Source: an uncultured Candidatus Saccharibacteria bacterium
Lineage (GTDB): Bacteria; Patescibacteriota; Minisyncoccia; UBA6257; 1-14-0-10-44-23
Direction: 5' to 3'
Assembly: GCA_964394435.1 (NCBI GenBank)
Contig: CAYMXN010000003.1
Location: 635 to 64,634, forward strand
DNA: 64,000 nucleotides
Under the pieces are notes generated by a model. The model saw nothing but the letters and a program-made list of their open reading frames with translations. It was not told the DNA's origin and searched no databases. The translations under genes and the position numbers were made by a program. Shown here piece after piece: positions 37,632-46,618 of the stretch; the stretch's first letter is position 1, and every line of letters begins with the position of its first letter.

Positions 37632-38180
37632 ATGGGAGAGTTTAAGCGTCAGGGTGGGTTTGGAGGTGGTAATCGAGGTGGTTTTAATAAAGGAGGCGGC
37701 CGTCCAAATTTTGGCGGAAAGCCAAGTTTTAATCGTGGCGGTGGATTTGGTGGCGATCGTGGAGGTGAGCGCGAAATGTTTACGACTACTTGCGCAACGT
37801 GCAGCAAGTCGTGCCAAGTTCCATTTCGTCCATCAGGCGAGCGTCCAGTATACTGCAGCGATTGTTTCCGCAATACGCGCGAAGGTGCTCCGAAAGACTT
37901 TAGCTCTGCGCCAAAGCGTGATTTTGCTCCGGCAAATAATACACAACACGTCGCTCCAGTCGCGGACAAGCGTATTGACGAGTTGAAACGCGATGTACAA
38001 ATGATCAGCGCTAAGCTTGATACGATCATGAAGCTGATCGGTGGTCAGGTAGCTCCAGTCGCTCCAGCATCAAAGCCAGTCGAGAAGAAAGTTGAAGCCA
38101 CTCCGGTTAAGCCAGTAGTAGTTGCAAAGAAAGCTGAAAAGAAAGTAGTTGCCAAAAAGAAAGCTGCGGCGAAGAAATAA
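37632..38180 (+). CDS. CxxC-x17-CxxC domain protein
   Basis: RGG-rich N-terminus; CATC..VPFRP..RPVYCSDCF; Lys/Ala tail. Confidence 0.88.
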   Translation: MGEFKRQGGFGGGNRGGFNKGGGRPNFGGKPSFNRGGGFGGDRGGEREMFTTTCATCSKSCQVPFRPSGERPVYCSDCFRNTREGAPKDFSSAPKRDFAPANNTQHVAPVADKRIDELKRDVQMISAKLDTIMKLIGGQVAPVAPASKPVEKKVEATPVKPVVVAKKAEKKVVAKKKAAAKK

Positions 38181-38200
38181 TCACTAACCGGATATCGGCT

Positions 38201-38770
38201 ATGCATATTACCTCTGCCGAGTTTATTAAAGGGGTGCGAGGGACTGATCCGATTTTAAGTGATGGCGTACCTCAATTTGCTTTCGTCGGGCGCTCGAACG
38301 TAGGGAAGTCGAGCGTAATTAACGCACTAATGAATCGGCGCGACCTAGTTAAGGTGAGTGATCGTCCGGGTAAGACAAAAGAGATTAACTTTTTCAGCGT
38401 CAACAAAAAGTTTTATTTTGTTGACTTGCCGGGATATGGGTACGCCCGACTTGGTCCCGATGAGCGGGAAAAACTACGCAAGCTAATTTTGTGGTACTTA
38501 ATGGCCTCAGGAGCGCGACCATATTATGTCGTATTGATCCTTGATGTTAAAGCAGGATGTACCGAGTTTGATAAGGAGATGATCGGGGTGCTGCGCGAGT
38601 ATGGGCATCCATATATCATTGTCGCGAACAAGGTTGATAAGGTGAATCAAAAAGAGCTCGCGCAACAACTTGCTCAAATTCGTTCAGAGTCCGGAGAAGA
38701 GGAGATCGTACTCTGTTCGACCGTTGTCAAAAACGGAACCGGAGATCTCGAGGAGAAAATGTTCGCCTAA
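38201..38770 (+). CDS. engB: Ribosome biogenesis GTPase YsxC/EngB
   Basis: GRSNVGKSS, PGKT, DLPGYGYA, NKVD. Confidence 0.93.
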   Translation: MHITSAEFIKGVRGTDPILSDGVPQFAFVGRSNVGKSSVINALMNRRDLVKVSDRPGKTKEINFFSVNKKFYFVDLPGYGYARLGPDEREKLRKLILWYLMASGARPYYVVLILDVKAGCTEFDKEMIGVLREYGHPYIIVANKVDKVNQKELAQQLAQIRSESGEEEIVLCSTVVKNGTGDLEEKMFA

Positions 38771-38866
38771 AAGGCAGTATAAACACCCGAATTGCTTCGG
38801 GTGTTTATATTTCCTGGGCGGGTGTATGCTGTAGGTAAAGGCCGCTTATCATTAATCAATAAATAT

Positions 38867-39265
38867 ATGAAAAAAGGATTTGTCGGCAATATCGAAAAAT
38901 TAAGCGAAGAGAATGAGGACTTTCGCAGAGTGCTCTATACCGCCAAGCATGAGCAGCTCGTACTGATGAGTCTGCGTCCAGGCGAGGATATCGGTGAAGA
39001 GGTGCACGAGCTCGACCAGTTTTTGCGCATCGAGCACGGAGAAGGAGCGGTTATTTTAAATGACATGCGTCATGAACTTTCTGCCGGGTTTGCGATTATC
39101 GTACCGGCAGGAGTGAAACATAACATCATTAATACGTCACAGACTGACGCAATGAAACTGTATACCGTCTATGGTCCGCCGGAGCACAAGGATAAAGTAG
39201 TACGCAAAACGAAAGTAGATGCGGAGTTAAAAGAAGAGCATTTTGACGGTAAGACAACCGAGTAG
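38867..39265 (+). CDS. Cupin domain protein
   Basis: FRRVLYT..QLVLM.L..GEDIGEEVH..DQF, HNIIN, PPEH. Confidence 0.9.
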   Translation: MKKGFVGNIEKLSEENEDFRRVLYTAKHEQLVLMSLRPGEDIGEEVHELDQFLRIEHGEGAVILNDMRHELSAGFAIIVPAGVKHNIINTSQTDAMKLYTVYGPPEHKDKVVRKTKVDAELKEEHFDGKTTE

Positions 39266-39276
39266 ATAAAAAAATG

Positions 39277-39301
39277 AGCCGGTGCGTGAGAGCGACCGGC
39301 T
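39277..39301. terminator. Terminator between convergent units
   Basis: AGCCGGT..ACCGGCT flanked by A and T runs. Confidence 0.7.
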
Positions 39302-39442
39302 ACTTTTTTACTTGGCACGAGGGCCGTGTTTTTTATGTTTTTGCCCGAAGGCTTTTATGTTTTTGCGCTGTGCGCTTTTTTTATTTCGTCTACGCTGACG
39401 ACCTGCGGTGGCTACTAACCCGCGCCACTCGGGTGCGAACGC

Positions 39443-39676
39443 TTAGTACGCTTGCGAAGGCATCTCTGCCGCTCCGCAAACGTTACAGATGTACCAGCCG
39501 GAATGGGGGTCGCGAGCACATTCACGGCTGTCGATATGTGCACCACACTGCCAGCAGTGGTTGCTGTACCACTGCCAGTTGCAGGCTGTGCACACACGAA
39601 GAGACGGACGACTGCCAATGATGGCCTCTTGGCCACAGATGCAGAACTCGCCCGTTTGGATGTTGGGGTATCCCAG
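39443..39676 (-). CDS. 77-aa multi-zinc-ribbon protein, proposed CTG start (not in ORF track)
   Basis: GGAGGTG-atgaaac-CTG; LGYPNIQTGEFCICGQEAIIGSRPSLRVCTACNWQWYSNHCWQCGAHIDSRECARDPHSGWYICNVCGAAEMPSQAY; in-frame TGA two codons upstream. Confidence 0.75.
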   Translation of the reverse strand: MGYPNIQTGEFCICGQEAIIGSRPSLRVCTACNWQWYSNHCWQCGAHIDSRECARDPHSGWYICNVCGAAEMPSQAY

Positions 39677-39788
39677 GTTTCATCACCTCCCTTGGGGTAA
39701 AAGGAACTAAATATAAGATATCGTCAAGTTGAGAATTTGGCAAGTAGGCGGAGGACAATAGGAGGCGGTAGGTATAAGATAGAAGTAT

Positions 39789-40178
39789 ATGAAAAAATTA
39801 CTCATTCTCATTGCCGTAGTTGTTATTGGGTATGGAGTGTACGGGTTAGTTGCTAAGCGGGTGACCGATAACCAGCCGTTAGGCAAGATGTCGATGATGC
39901 AGGCGGTGAGCTCGGGCGAAGTCGCACTATTAGATGTGCGAACAGATAACGAGTGGGCGACTGGGTATGCGAAAGGAGCGATGCATTTTGATTTAGCCAG
40001 ACTGCAGGCTGGCGAACTCCCAGGTATCGCTAAAGATAAGCCAATCTATGTATATTGTGCGGCTGGTGCACGCGCTGAAAAAGCTCGGGTGATTTTAGAA
40101 AGTGCTGGATACACAAATGTAATTAATATCGGTGGACTAGGAGATTGGCAGGACGCGGGTGGCGAAGTGGTCCAGTAA
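39789..40178 (+). CDS. Membrane-anchored rhodanese domain protein
   Basis: LLDVRT..EW..G..KGA, YCAAGAR, GGL..W. Confidence 0.88.
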   Translation: MKKLLILIAVVVIGYGVYGLVAKRVTDNQPLGKMSMMQAVSSGEVALLDVRTDNEWATGYAKGAMHFDLARLQAGELPGIAKDKPIYVYCAAGARAEKARVILESAGYTNVINIGGLGDWQDAGGEVVQ

Positions 40179-40219
40179 TAAATAAGCGCCCGACAACCGA
40201 AGTTGTGGGCGCGCAGAAA

Positions 40220-40549
40220 CTAGTAGTGCAAGACCGTACGAAGGGCTGGCGTGAGCTCGCCTTTTTCAGCGAGCAGCTTTCGCGCGGCAACCGTCAATGG
40301 CCCTTCGCTTAGTCCATCCGGAAGCTGTTTCCAGATGTCGTAGGGGATGATGCGGTCGCGAAACGCATCCCATCCATAGCTCCACCAGCCGTAGGTGCTT
40401 AAGCTATCCGCGCAGGTGTTTGGATTATTGAAATGCGGATTGCTTGATCGAGGCTTGCCCTCTGCGGCGGCGAGGAAGCCGGCGGCAAGTGCTCGGTCAT
40501 TTGCCCGCGGATGAGTGACTGCCTGAAGCGTACATCCTTCGCACATCAC
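40220..40549 (-). CDS. ORFan with Rmf/CrpP-like motif (SD-led unit)
   Basis: TATAGT -10; GGAGG-gtact-GTG ATG; GF.AAAEGKPRSSNPH..W..GW; terminator GCGCCC..GGGCGC. Confidence 0.65.
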   Translation of the reverse strand: MMCEGCTLQAVTHPRANDRALAAGFLAAAEGKPRSSNPHFNNPNTCADSLSTYGWWSYGWDAFRDRIIPYDIWKQLPDGLSEGPLTVAARKLLAEKGELTPALRTVLHY

Positions 40550-40649
40550 AGTACCCTCCAATGAACTTTTGAAACTATAACACAGGCGAGATTTTTGTAT
40601 ATAAGAAAATTGGTTTGATTTCTGGCTCCTACGGGAATAGAGTATAGCT

Positions 40650-41021
40650 ATGAGTAAGCGACTGGTCGGAATATTTATCGTAGGTACATTTATCGCGGCG
40701 GCAATATTTGGATTTGCCGTTTCATTTTCATCTGATGAGATGGGGGATATGAATCACTGTCCATTTATGGATGGTGCGGCGACTATTTGTCCGATGTCAG
40801 TTTTTGAGCACATTAACGCGTGGCAAGCGTTATTTAGTGCGACCATTCCACTGCTTGTTTTAGCCTTCATTCAAATCACGGGGAGCTCGAACGCATTAGC
40901 TCGCACGAAAGAGAATGATAGCTCTCCGCCTCATAGGCGAACGAGCTCATTGAGTTTATTTATGCCGACGCTTACCGAAGCGTTTTCGAGCGGGACACTG
41001 CATTCTAAAATCTACGCTTAA
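40650..41021 (+). CDS. Cys/His/Met membrane leader-like protein upstream of copper genes
   Basis: TM, HCPFM..ICPM..EH, second TM, SPP, C-terminal FSSGTLHSKIYA. Confidence 0.7.
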   Translation: MSKRLVGIFIVGTFIAAAIFGFAVSFSSDEMGDMNHCPFMDGAATICPMSVFEHINAWQALFSATIPLLVLAFIQITGSSNALARTKENDSSPPHRRTSSLSLFMPTLTEAFSSGTLHSKIYA

Positions 41022-41068
41022 ATAGCCGGTAGTTTGTTTGTATCGGTTATTATTAATCTAAGCGTATT

Positions 41069-42415
41069 ATGGAACAAAAAAATCAAAACATTCGTATCTC
41101 TATTTCTGGCATGCACTGTCGGAGTTGTGAATTATTACTCGAAGAGGCGATCGGTGAAGTTCGCGGGGTCAGTAAAGTGGAAGTGAGTGAGAAAAAAGGT
41201 GAGGCGCAGGTCTGGTATACGGCGGAGCGACCGAACCAGGATGAGCTTCATCAGGCGATTCAGAAAACTGGATATGCGGTTGGAGTTTCCAGAAAACGAC
41301 CATGGATATCGCGTAACCCGGCGGAGTATCTTGAACTGTTTATCGCAGCCGGTAGCGTATTTATTATCTACGCACTCTTGAGAGTGGCGGGGTTATTAAA
41401 TAAGGCGGTCGCATTTAATGATACGCCGACATACGGCGTAGTTATGCTGATTGGTCTGGTTGCGGGAGTTTCGACGTGTATGGCTCTGATTGGCGGGCTC
41501 GTATTAGCCGCCAGTGGTGCACACGCGAAGAAGCATCCCGAGGCGACACGTATGCAAAAGTTTCGCCCGCATCTTTTCTTCAATCTTGGGCGTGTACTTG
41601 GCTTTGCGTTGCTGGGCGGACTGATCGGGTTAGCCGGTTCAGTTTTGCGTATTTCGGGAGGGGCGCTAAGCATTCTTGTATTCATGGTTGGCGTGGTGAT
41701 GCTTTTCCTTGGAGTAAAACTCATTGGAATATTTCCGAGAATCGAAGGAGCGACAATTTCGCTGCCTAAGAGTATCAGTCGATTGCTCGGCATCAGAGCG
41801 GAGGCGAAAGAGTACAGTAATCGTGGCGTACTCATTACCGGAGCGCTGACATTTTTCTTGCCCTGTGGCTTTACGCAGGCGATGCAGATTTACGCGATCA
41901 GCACAGGAAGCTTTGTTAGTGGTGCGCTCATAATGGGATTATTCGCACTAGGCACCGCCCCTGGCTTACTTGGCATCGGAGGAATCTCTGCGGTCGCTAA
42001 AGGATCATGGGGCAGAGTATTTTTTAAATTCGCTGGCGTACTGGTGATTGTGTTTGGACTTCTTAATGTGCGGAGTGGATGGAATTTAAGTGGAATTACC
42101 AGTGGCTTGCGGCAACCGGAAGAGGTCGTCAGTGCTCCGATTGAGGACGGATTTCAGGTGATTCGTATGACGCAAAAAGTAAACGGATACAGTCCTCGCC
42201 AGTTTACGATCAAAAAGGGAGTACCTGTACGCTGGATTGTAAATTCAGAAAACGCCTATACGTGCGCCGCCTTTCTAACTATTCCTGAGTACGATATGTT
42301 TACGCCGCTTAAAGATGGTGAAAATATCATCGAGTTTACGCCGCAATCAACCGGACCATTACGGTTTTCGTGCAGTATGGGCATGTATTCCGGAGTATTT
42401 AACGTTGTTGAATAA
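41069..42415 (+). CDS. HMA + DsbD_2/TauE-like TM + cupredoxin fusion
   Basis: GMHCRSC, STCMA..GG, F..GR, LPCGF.Q, F.LGT.P, FSCSMGM. Confidence 0.88.
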   Translation: MEQKNQNIRISISGMHCRSCELLLEEAIGEVRGVSKVEVSEKKGEAQVWYTAERPNQDELHQAIQKTGYAVGVSRKRPWISRNPAEYLELFIAAGSVFIIYALLRVAGLLNKAVAFNDTPTYGVVMLIGLVAGVSTCMALIGGLVLAASGAHAKKHPEATRMQKFRPHLFFNLGRVLGFALLGGLIGLAGSVLRISGGALSILVFMVGVVMLFLGVKLIGIFPRIEGATISLPKSISRLLGIRAEAKEYSNRGVLITGALTFFLPCGFTQAMQIYAISTGSFVSGALIMGLFALGTAPGLLGIGGISAVAKGSWGRVFFKFAGVLVIVFGLLNVRSGWNLSGITSGLRQPEEVVSAPIEDGFQVIRMTQKVNGYSPRQFTIKKGVPVRWIVNSENAYTCAAFLTIPEYDMFTPLKDGENIIEFTPQSTGPLRFSCSMGMYSGVFNVVE

Positions 42416-42433
42416 GTAATGACAATACTATAA

Positions 42434-42553
42434 ATCCCGTGAGAGACGAGCGATGTTCTCAACGGGAAAATGAAAAATATGCAAGTAAATAATAAAAGTC
42501 TAGTAATTAATTATAATGACAGGCGTGCTTGCGCACCTTGTCTCTAACGGGAT
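42434..42553. repeat. MITE/REP-like element with terminal inverted repeats
   Basis: ATCCCGTGAGAGACGAG (42434-42450) vs CTTGTCTCTAACGGGAT (42537-42553), 15/17 complementary; internal partial copy TCTCAACGGGA. Confidence 0.6.
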
Positions 42554-44741
42554 GAAAAAAATACACGTACAGATTGCCGGCATGCATTGCGCGAGCTGTG
42601 TAGTGCGCAACGAAAAAAGTCTGAAAAAAATCGAAGGAGTACAAAACGCAAGCGTTAACTTGGCGATGCACGACGCGATGGTGGAGTTTGATGAGCAAAA
42701 GGTGGCTGAAGAGCAGATGCATGTGCATATCGAACATGCGATCACGGGAAACGGATATAGCGTAGTACATGCGCAGAAAGAACAGGGCGGGCATGAGCAT
42801 GGCAATATCGGGGCGAGCGAGACAAAGCAGGCAAAAAAGCGTTCGCTTCTTGCTTTAGTGCTCGCGCTTCCCGTCGCGATACTCGCAATGGCGGGGATTA
42901 CATTCGGTTTAGTTATCGGCGGATTTGATGTGAGTGTCTGGGTTCAAGCTGTTCTTTCAGCGATCGTGGTGCTGGTTGTGGGAAGTGAGTTTCATATCTC
43001 CGCCTTCAAACAACTGCGCCGCGCTACGGCCGATATGAATACGCTCATCTCAATTGGAACGCTGACCGCACTCGCGTATAGCGTGTACGGGATGATTGCT
43101 GGTATTGCCGAGTTTTATTTTGAAACGGGTGCGATTATCGCCGCCCTGATTTTACTCGGTCGGTTCTTTGAGGCGAAGAGTAGGGGTCAGGCAAGCTCTG
43201 CAATTGAAAAACTGATGCAGTTGGGGGTAAAAACTGCACATTTAGTTGAGGCACACGGAACCAGGGATATCTCAATCGAAGCGGTGCGCGTAGGCGATGT
43301 ACTACTTGTTAAGCCGGGAGAAAAGGCGCCGACAGATGGCGTGATTATTAAAGGACATTCGAATATTGATGAGTCAATGTTAACGGGTGAGAGTTTACCG
43401 GTCTCAAAAAATGAAAGTGACATCGTCTATGGTGCGACGCTGAATATGAGCGGTGCGTTTGAGATGCGCGCAACTAAAGTTGGTTCAGGTACGATGCTTG
43501 CACAAATCGTGCAGCTCGTCGCGGATGCACAAGCCAATAAGGCGCCAATTCAGAAGTTGGCCGACAGAATCTCGGCAGTATTTGTGCCTATCGTTATCGC
43601 GCTCGCCCTCGGAACGGCGATCGTCTGGTATCTGAAGACTGGAAGCTGGGAGCTTAGTCTACTACCCGCAGTCGCGGTTATTGTTATCGCGTGTCCGTGC
43701 GCGTTGGGATTAGCGACACCGACCGCGATTATGGTTGGCACCGGATTAGGAGCACGCCGAGGTATCTTAATTAAAAATGGAGATGCACTTGAGCGAGGCA
43801 AAAAGATTAAGACTGTTGTGTTTGATAAAACTGGAACGCTGACTGAAGGTAAGCCAAAAGTTACCGACATCTTACCGCAGGCGGGAGTGAGTGCTGGCGA
43901 GGTGCTCGCATATGCCGCGAGCATCGAAGCCTTGTCCGAACACCCATTAGCCCAGGCAGTTGTAAGTGCGGCCAAAGAGAAGGGGTTGAAGCTGTTTGAG
44001 GTGCAACATTTTGAGAGTATCGCTGGCAAGGGAGTTGTAGGCAAGATACATAATCAGCAGATTGTCGTGGGAAATCTTCGTTATATTGAGTCGCTAGGAG
44101 TTAACTTCGCTACTACTAAGGCGCAGATTGAGCAACTCGAAGCAGATGCAAAGACAGTTGTTGGTTTGATTCGCGACAGTGTGCTACTTGGTTTTATCGC
44201 GATTGCCGATGCGGAGAAGGCGACGAGTAAATCAGCGGTCGAACAGTTGGTGCGCGGTGGAGTTGAGGTGGTGATGCTCACCGGAGATAATGAGCGAACA
44301 GCACGCGCGATCGCGAAAAAAATCGGTATTTCAAATGTATTCAGTCAGGTGCTGCCGGGAGAGAAGGCTGACGTGGTAAAAAAACTTCAGGAAAATGGCA
44401 ATAAAGTTGCATTTATTGGGGACGGTATTAATGATGCACCGGCTCTTGTACAGGCGGATCTGGGTATTGCGATTGGCACAGGAACTGATATCGCCATTGA
44501 AGCGGGAAGTATCGTGCTGGTAAAAGGTGACCCGGAAAAAGTAGTTGAGGCGCTCAAGCTTGGGAGTCGTACCTTACGAGCAATTTATCAAAATCTTTTC
44601 TGGGCGTTCTTCTATAACATCGCAGCGATTCCGCTGGCAATGATGGGGCTGCTCAACCCGATGATCGCCGCCGGTGCGATGGCATTTAGTAGTGTGAGCG
44701 TAGTGTTGAATAGTTTACGCATTAAGCGTCTACGTATGTAG
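42552..44741 (+). CDS. copA: Cu(I)-translocating P1B ATPase
   Basis: GMHCASC, TGES, CPC, DKTGT, SEHP, GDGINDAP, YN, MAFSS. Confidence 0.92.
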   Translation: MKKIHVQIAGMHCASCVVRNEKSLKKIEGVQNASVNLAMHDAMVEFDEQKVAEEQMHVHIEHAITGNGYSVVHAQKEQGGHEHGNIGASETKQAKKRSLLALVLALPVAILAMAGITFGLVIGGFDVSVWVQAVLSAIVVLVVGSEFHISAFKQLRRATADMNTLISIGTLTALAYSVYGMIAGIAEFYFETGAIIAALILLGRFFEAKSRGQASSAIEKLMQLGVKTAHLVEAHGTRDISIEAVRVGDVLLVKPGEKAPTDGVIIKGHSNIDESMLTGESLPVSKNESDIVYGATLNMSGAFEMRATKVGSGTMLAQIVQLVADAQANKAPIQKLADRISAVFVPIVIALALGTAIVWYLKTGSWELSLLPAVAVIVIACPCALGLATPTAIMVGTGLGARRGILIKNGDALERGKKIKTVVFDKTGTLTEGKPKVTDILPQAGVSAGEVLAYAASIEALSEHPLAQAVVSAAKEKGLKLFEVQHFESIAGKGVVGKIHNQQIVVGNLRYIESLGVNFATTKAQIEQLEADAKTVVGLIRDSVLLGFIAIADAEKATSKSAVEQLVRGGVEVVMLTGDNERTARAIAKKIGISNVFSQVLPGEKADVVKKLQENGNKVAFIGDGINDAPALVQADLGIAIGTGTDIAIEAGSIVLVKGDPEKVVEALKLGSRTLRAIYQNLFWAFFYNIAAIPLAMMGLLNPMIAAGAMAFSSVSVVLNSLRIKRLRM

Positions 44742-44831
44742 TATAGAGCGAGTAAAAATCTCCTTGCGAAGCACAAGGAGATTTTTTGCAGTAAAAGAGA
44801 TACCATAATAACAGAACCTGGAGGCGTATCT

Positions 44832-45170
44832 ATGAACTTTGATCGGCTAGCACGGACTGCTGATCTAGTTTGCTTTTTAAAAGTAGGATTAGTTGAAGAG
44901 GCTGGGAAGGCTGATGGGCTAGGATCGCTTCCGGTGCCTCGTAGTCGCATCGAGTTGCTTCGAGTTCTTCATGCGAGCGATGACGAGCTTGGCGCATACT
45001 ATGATGGGCTCAATTATCTAACTCGTCTTATTCCTAAGCGATTTCAGAGAAAGGTAGTTATTGCAGCAGATAACGAGGTGATGCTGGATACCTATCTTCG
45101 ATTGCTCGGTAGAGCGATCTTGCGGTACATCCGCCTGAAGCAGCGGAAGGAGAGAAGCACCCAGACATAA
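44832..45170 (+). CDS. ORFan (SD-led unit)
   Basis: CATAAT -10; GGAGG-cgtatct-ATG; bounded by hairpins at about 44754-44787 and 45169-45200. Confidence 0.65.
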   Translation: MNFDRLARTADLVCFLKVGLVEEAGKADGLGSLPVPRSRIELLRVLHASDDELGAYYDGLNYLTRLIPKRFQRKVVIAADNEVMLDTYLRLLGRAILRYIRLKQRKERSTQT

Positions 45171-45260
45171 GCCTTTTACAAGAAATAGTAAAAGGCTTTT
45201 CATTTTTTAACTATCCATCATACTTGAAGGAGTTCTTCAGAGAACATTTGGAGGTCTGCG

Positions 45261-46034
45261 ATGAAAACTCGGAATCGATGGATTGCTCTACTCGCTCTCG
45301 TTGGGTTGATCAGTTGGGCGAGTTCGAACGTCTACTCGTGCGCCGGGGTGGGTCAGCGGAACGAGTCAGCTGGTGCTCCGGCGCTGCTTGAGCGCACGGT
45401 AGTAATCGGCGCGAGCGCCTCATCGGGTGCTGGCCTGCCGATGACCAATCTTGCGCAAGTTATCGGAGAGGAGCTCGCGACCCCGCGTGGTCCGTTAGCA
45501 AGTCATGCCAACTCAGCAATGTGGACCTCGCCACGCAAGCTAGGCGCGAAGATGGTTGCGGAGGCGCTTGAAAATAAGCCGACGCTACTTATCGCGCCCG
45601 ACTTTTTGTTCTGGTACGTGTACGGCGATTACAAGGACGACGCTACCCGCTTGCTTTCACTTAGTGAAGGCTTGGGAATGCTCGAAAAGTTCGACTGCCA
45701 AGTCGTCGTAGGTACGATTCCCAATATGCTTGCGGCAGCCGGCGGCATCTTGCCAAAGGCGGCAGTACCAAGCGAAGCGTTTCTTGTCCATGCAAACGAA
45801 CACGTCCATAAGTGGGCGCAGGAGCATCGGGCAGTTGTAGTCCCGGTAGCAGAAGCCGTTGCGGCTTGGCACACACGCACGCCGCTTGTAATTGGAAATG
45901 TGAAGTACGAAACTGCCGGTTTGCTACAAAAGGACAACTTGCACCCAAACGAGAAGGGGTTGCGTATCCTAGCGCGACTCATCATTTACGAGCTTGTGAG
46001 TGCACAGAAGTTGCCGGCGAACTGTTTGAAGTAA
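45261..46034 (+). CDS. Secreted SGNH/GDSL-like hydrolase (SD-led unit)
   Basis: GGAGG-tctgcg-ATG; signal peptide; VIGASAS block I and DNLHPN..G block V; terminator CTCCCTGACGAC/GTCGTCAGGGAG plus T-run. Confidence 0.75.
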   Translation: MKTRNRWIALLALVGLISWASSNVYSCAGVGQRNESAGAPALLERTVVIGASASSGAGLPMTNLAQVIGEELATPRGPLASHANSAMWTSPRKLGAKMVAEALENKPTLLIAPDFLFWYVYGDYKDDATRLLSLSEGLGMLEKFDCQVVVGTIPNMLAAAGGILPKAAVPSEAFLVHANEHVHKWAQEHRAVVVPVAEAVAAWHTRTPLVIGNVKYETAGLLQKDNLHPNEKGLRILARLIIYELVSAQKLPANCLK

Positions 46035-46108
46035 GAGAAGACACTCTCCCTGACGACGAAGGTCGTCAGGGAGTTTTTATTTTTGAAAGAGGTATACTTA
46101 CAATTGTT

Positions 46109-46528
46109 ATGAAGAAACTATTGTTCGTGTGCATGCTCAATGCTGCCAGAAGTCAGGCTGCTGAAGCATTTTTTAAATATTACGTAAAAGGAACACCAAT
46201 TGAGAATGAGTGGCAGGTTGAAAGCGCCGGACAGCTTTCGAAAGAAAAGCTTAATGCGGATGTCGTAGAGATTTTAAACAAACGAGGCATCTCGACCGAA
46301 GGGCAATTTAGTAAGCAAATCGACTACGCTAAGCTTCGCACGTATGATCGTATTATTTCATTTGTGCCATTTGCTAAGGGCGGATTACGCGATGAAGATA
46401 AAGCGAAAATAAAAATGTGGGTCATCGCTGACCCACTCGGCCGGCCATTTATGAGTACGTTACATATCGTTGATATGATCGAAAAGAAGGTGCGAGAGCT
46501 TATCGCTGAATTGATTCAATCTCGCTAA
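46109..46528 (+). CDS. LMW phosphatase/ArsC-fold protein
   Basis: LFVC..N..RSQ.AE, SAG, W.I.DP; lacks the resolving Cys pair. Confidence 0.8.
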   Translation: MKKLLFVCMLNAARSQAAEAFFKYYVKGTPIENEWQVESAGQLSKEKLNADVVEILNKRGISTEGQFSKQIDYAKLRTYDRIISFVPFAKGGLRDEDKAKIKMWVIADPLGRPFMSTLHIVDMIEKKVRELIAELIQSR

Positions 46529-46531
46529 TCT

Positions 46532-46618
46532 ATGCGCATAGTTCTTCACATAGACATGCCCTTCGTTTCACTCAGGGTCTCCAGCTGCGCTTTCGAGATG
46601 CTTAATTTTCTTGTATGA
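46532..46618 (+). pseudogene. Duplicated dinB 5' fragment broken by a REP-like palindrome
   Basis: MRIVLHIDM..; TTCTTCACATAGACATG at 46542 and 46628; CCCTTCGTTTCACTCAGGG follows the first copy. Confidence 0.65.

Noticed and set aside
39274-39758. Track ORFs 39274, 39415, 39452, 39489 and 39522
   Set aside because: Shadow frames of the CTG-started zinc-ribbon gene; one runs through a terminator.
45812-46108. N-terminal extension of the ArsC-fold ORF
   Set aside because: Overlaps the SGNH gene and crosses a terminator; real start is ATG 46109 after TATACT. Similar over-extensions were trimmed at 11494, 38792, 42516, 54245, 58419 and 62158.
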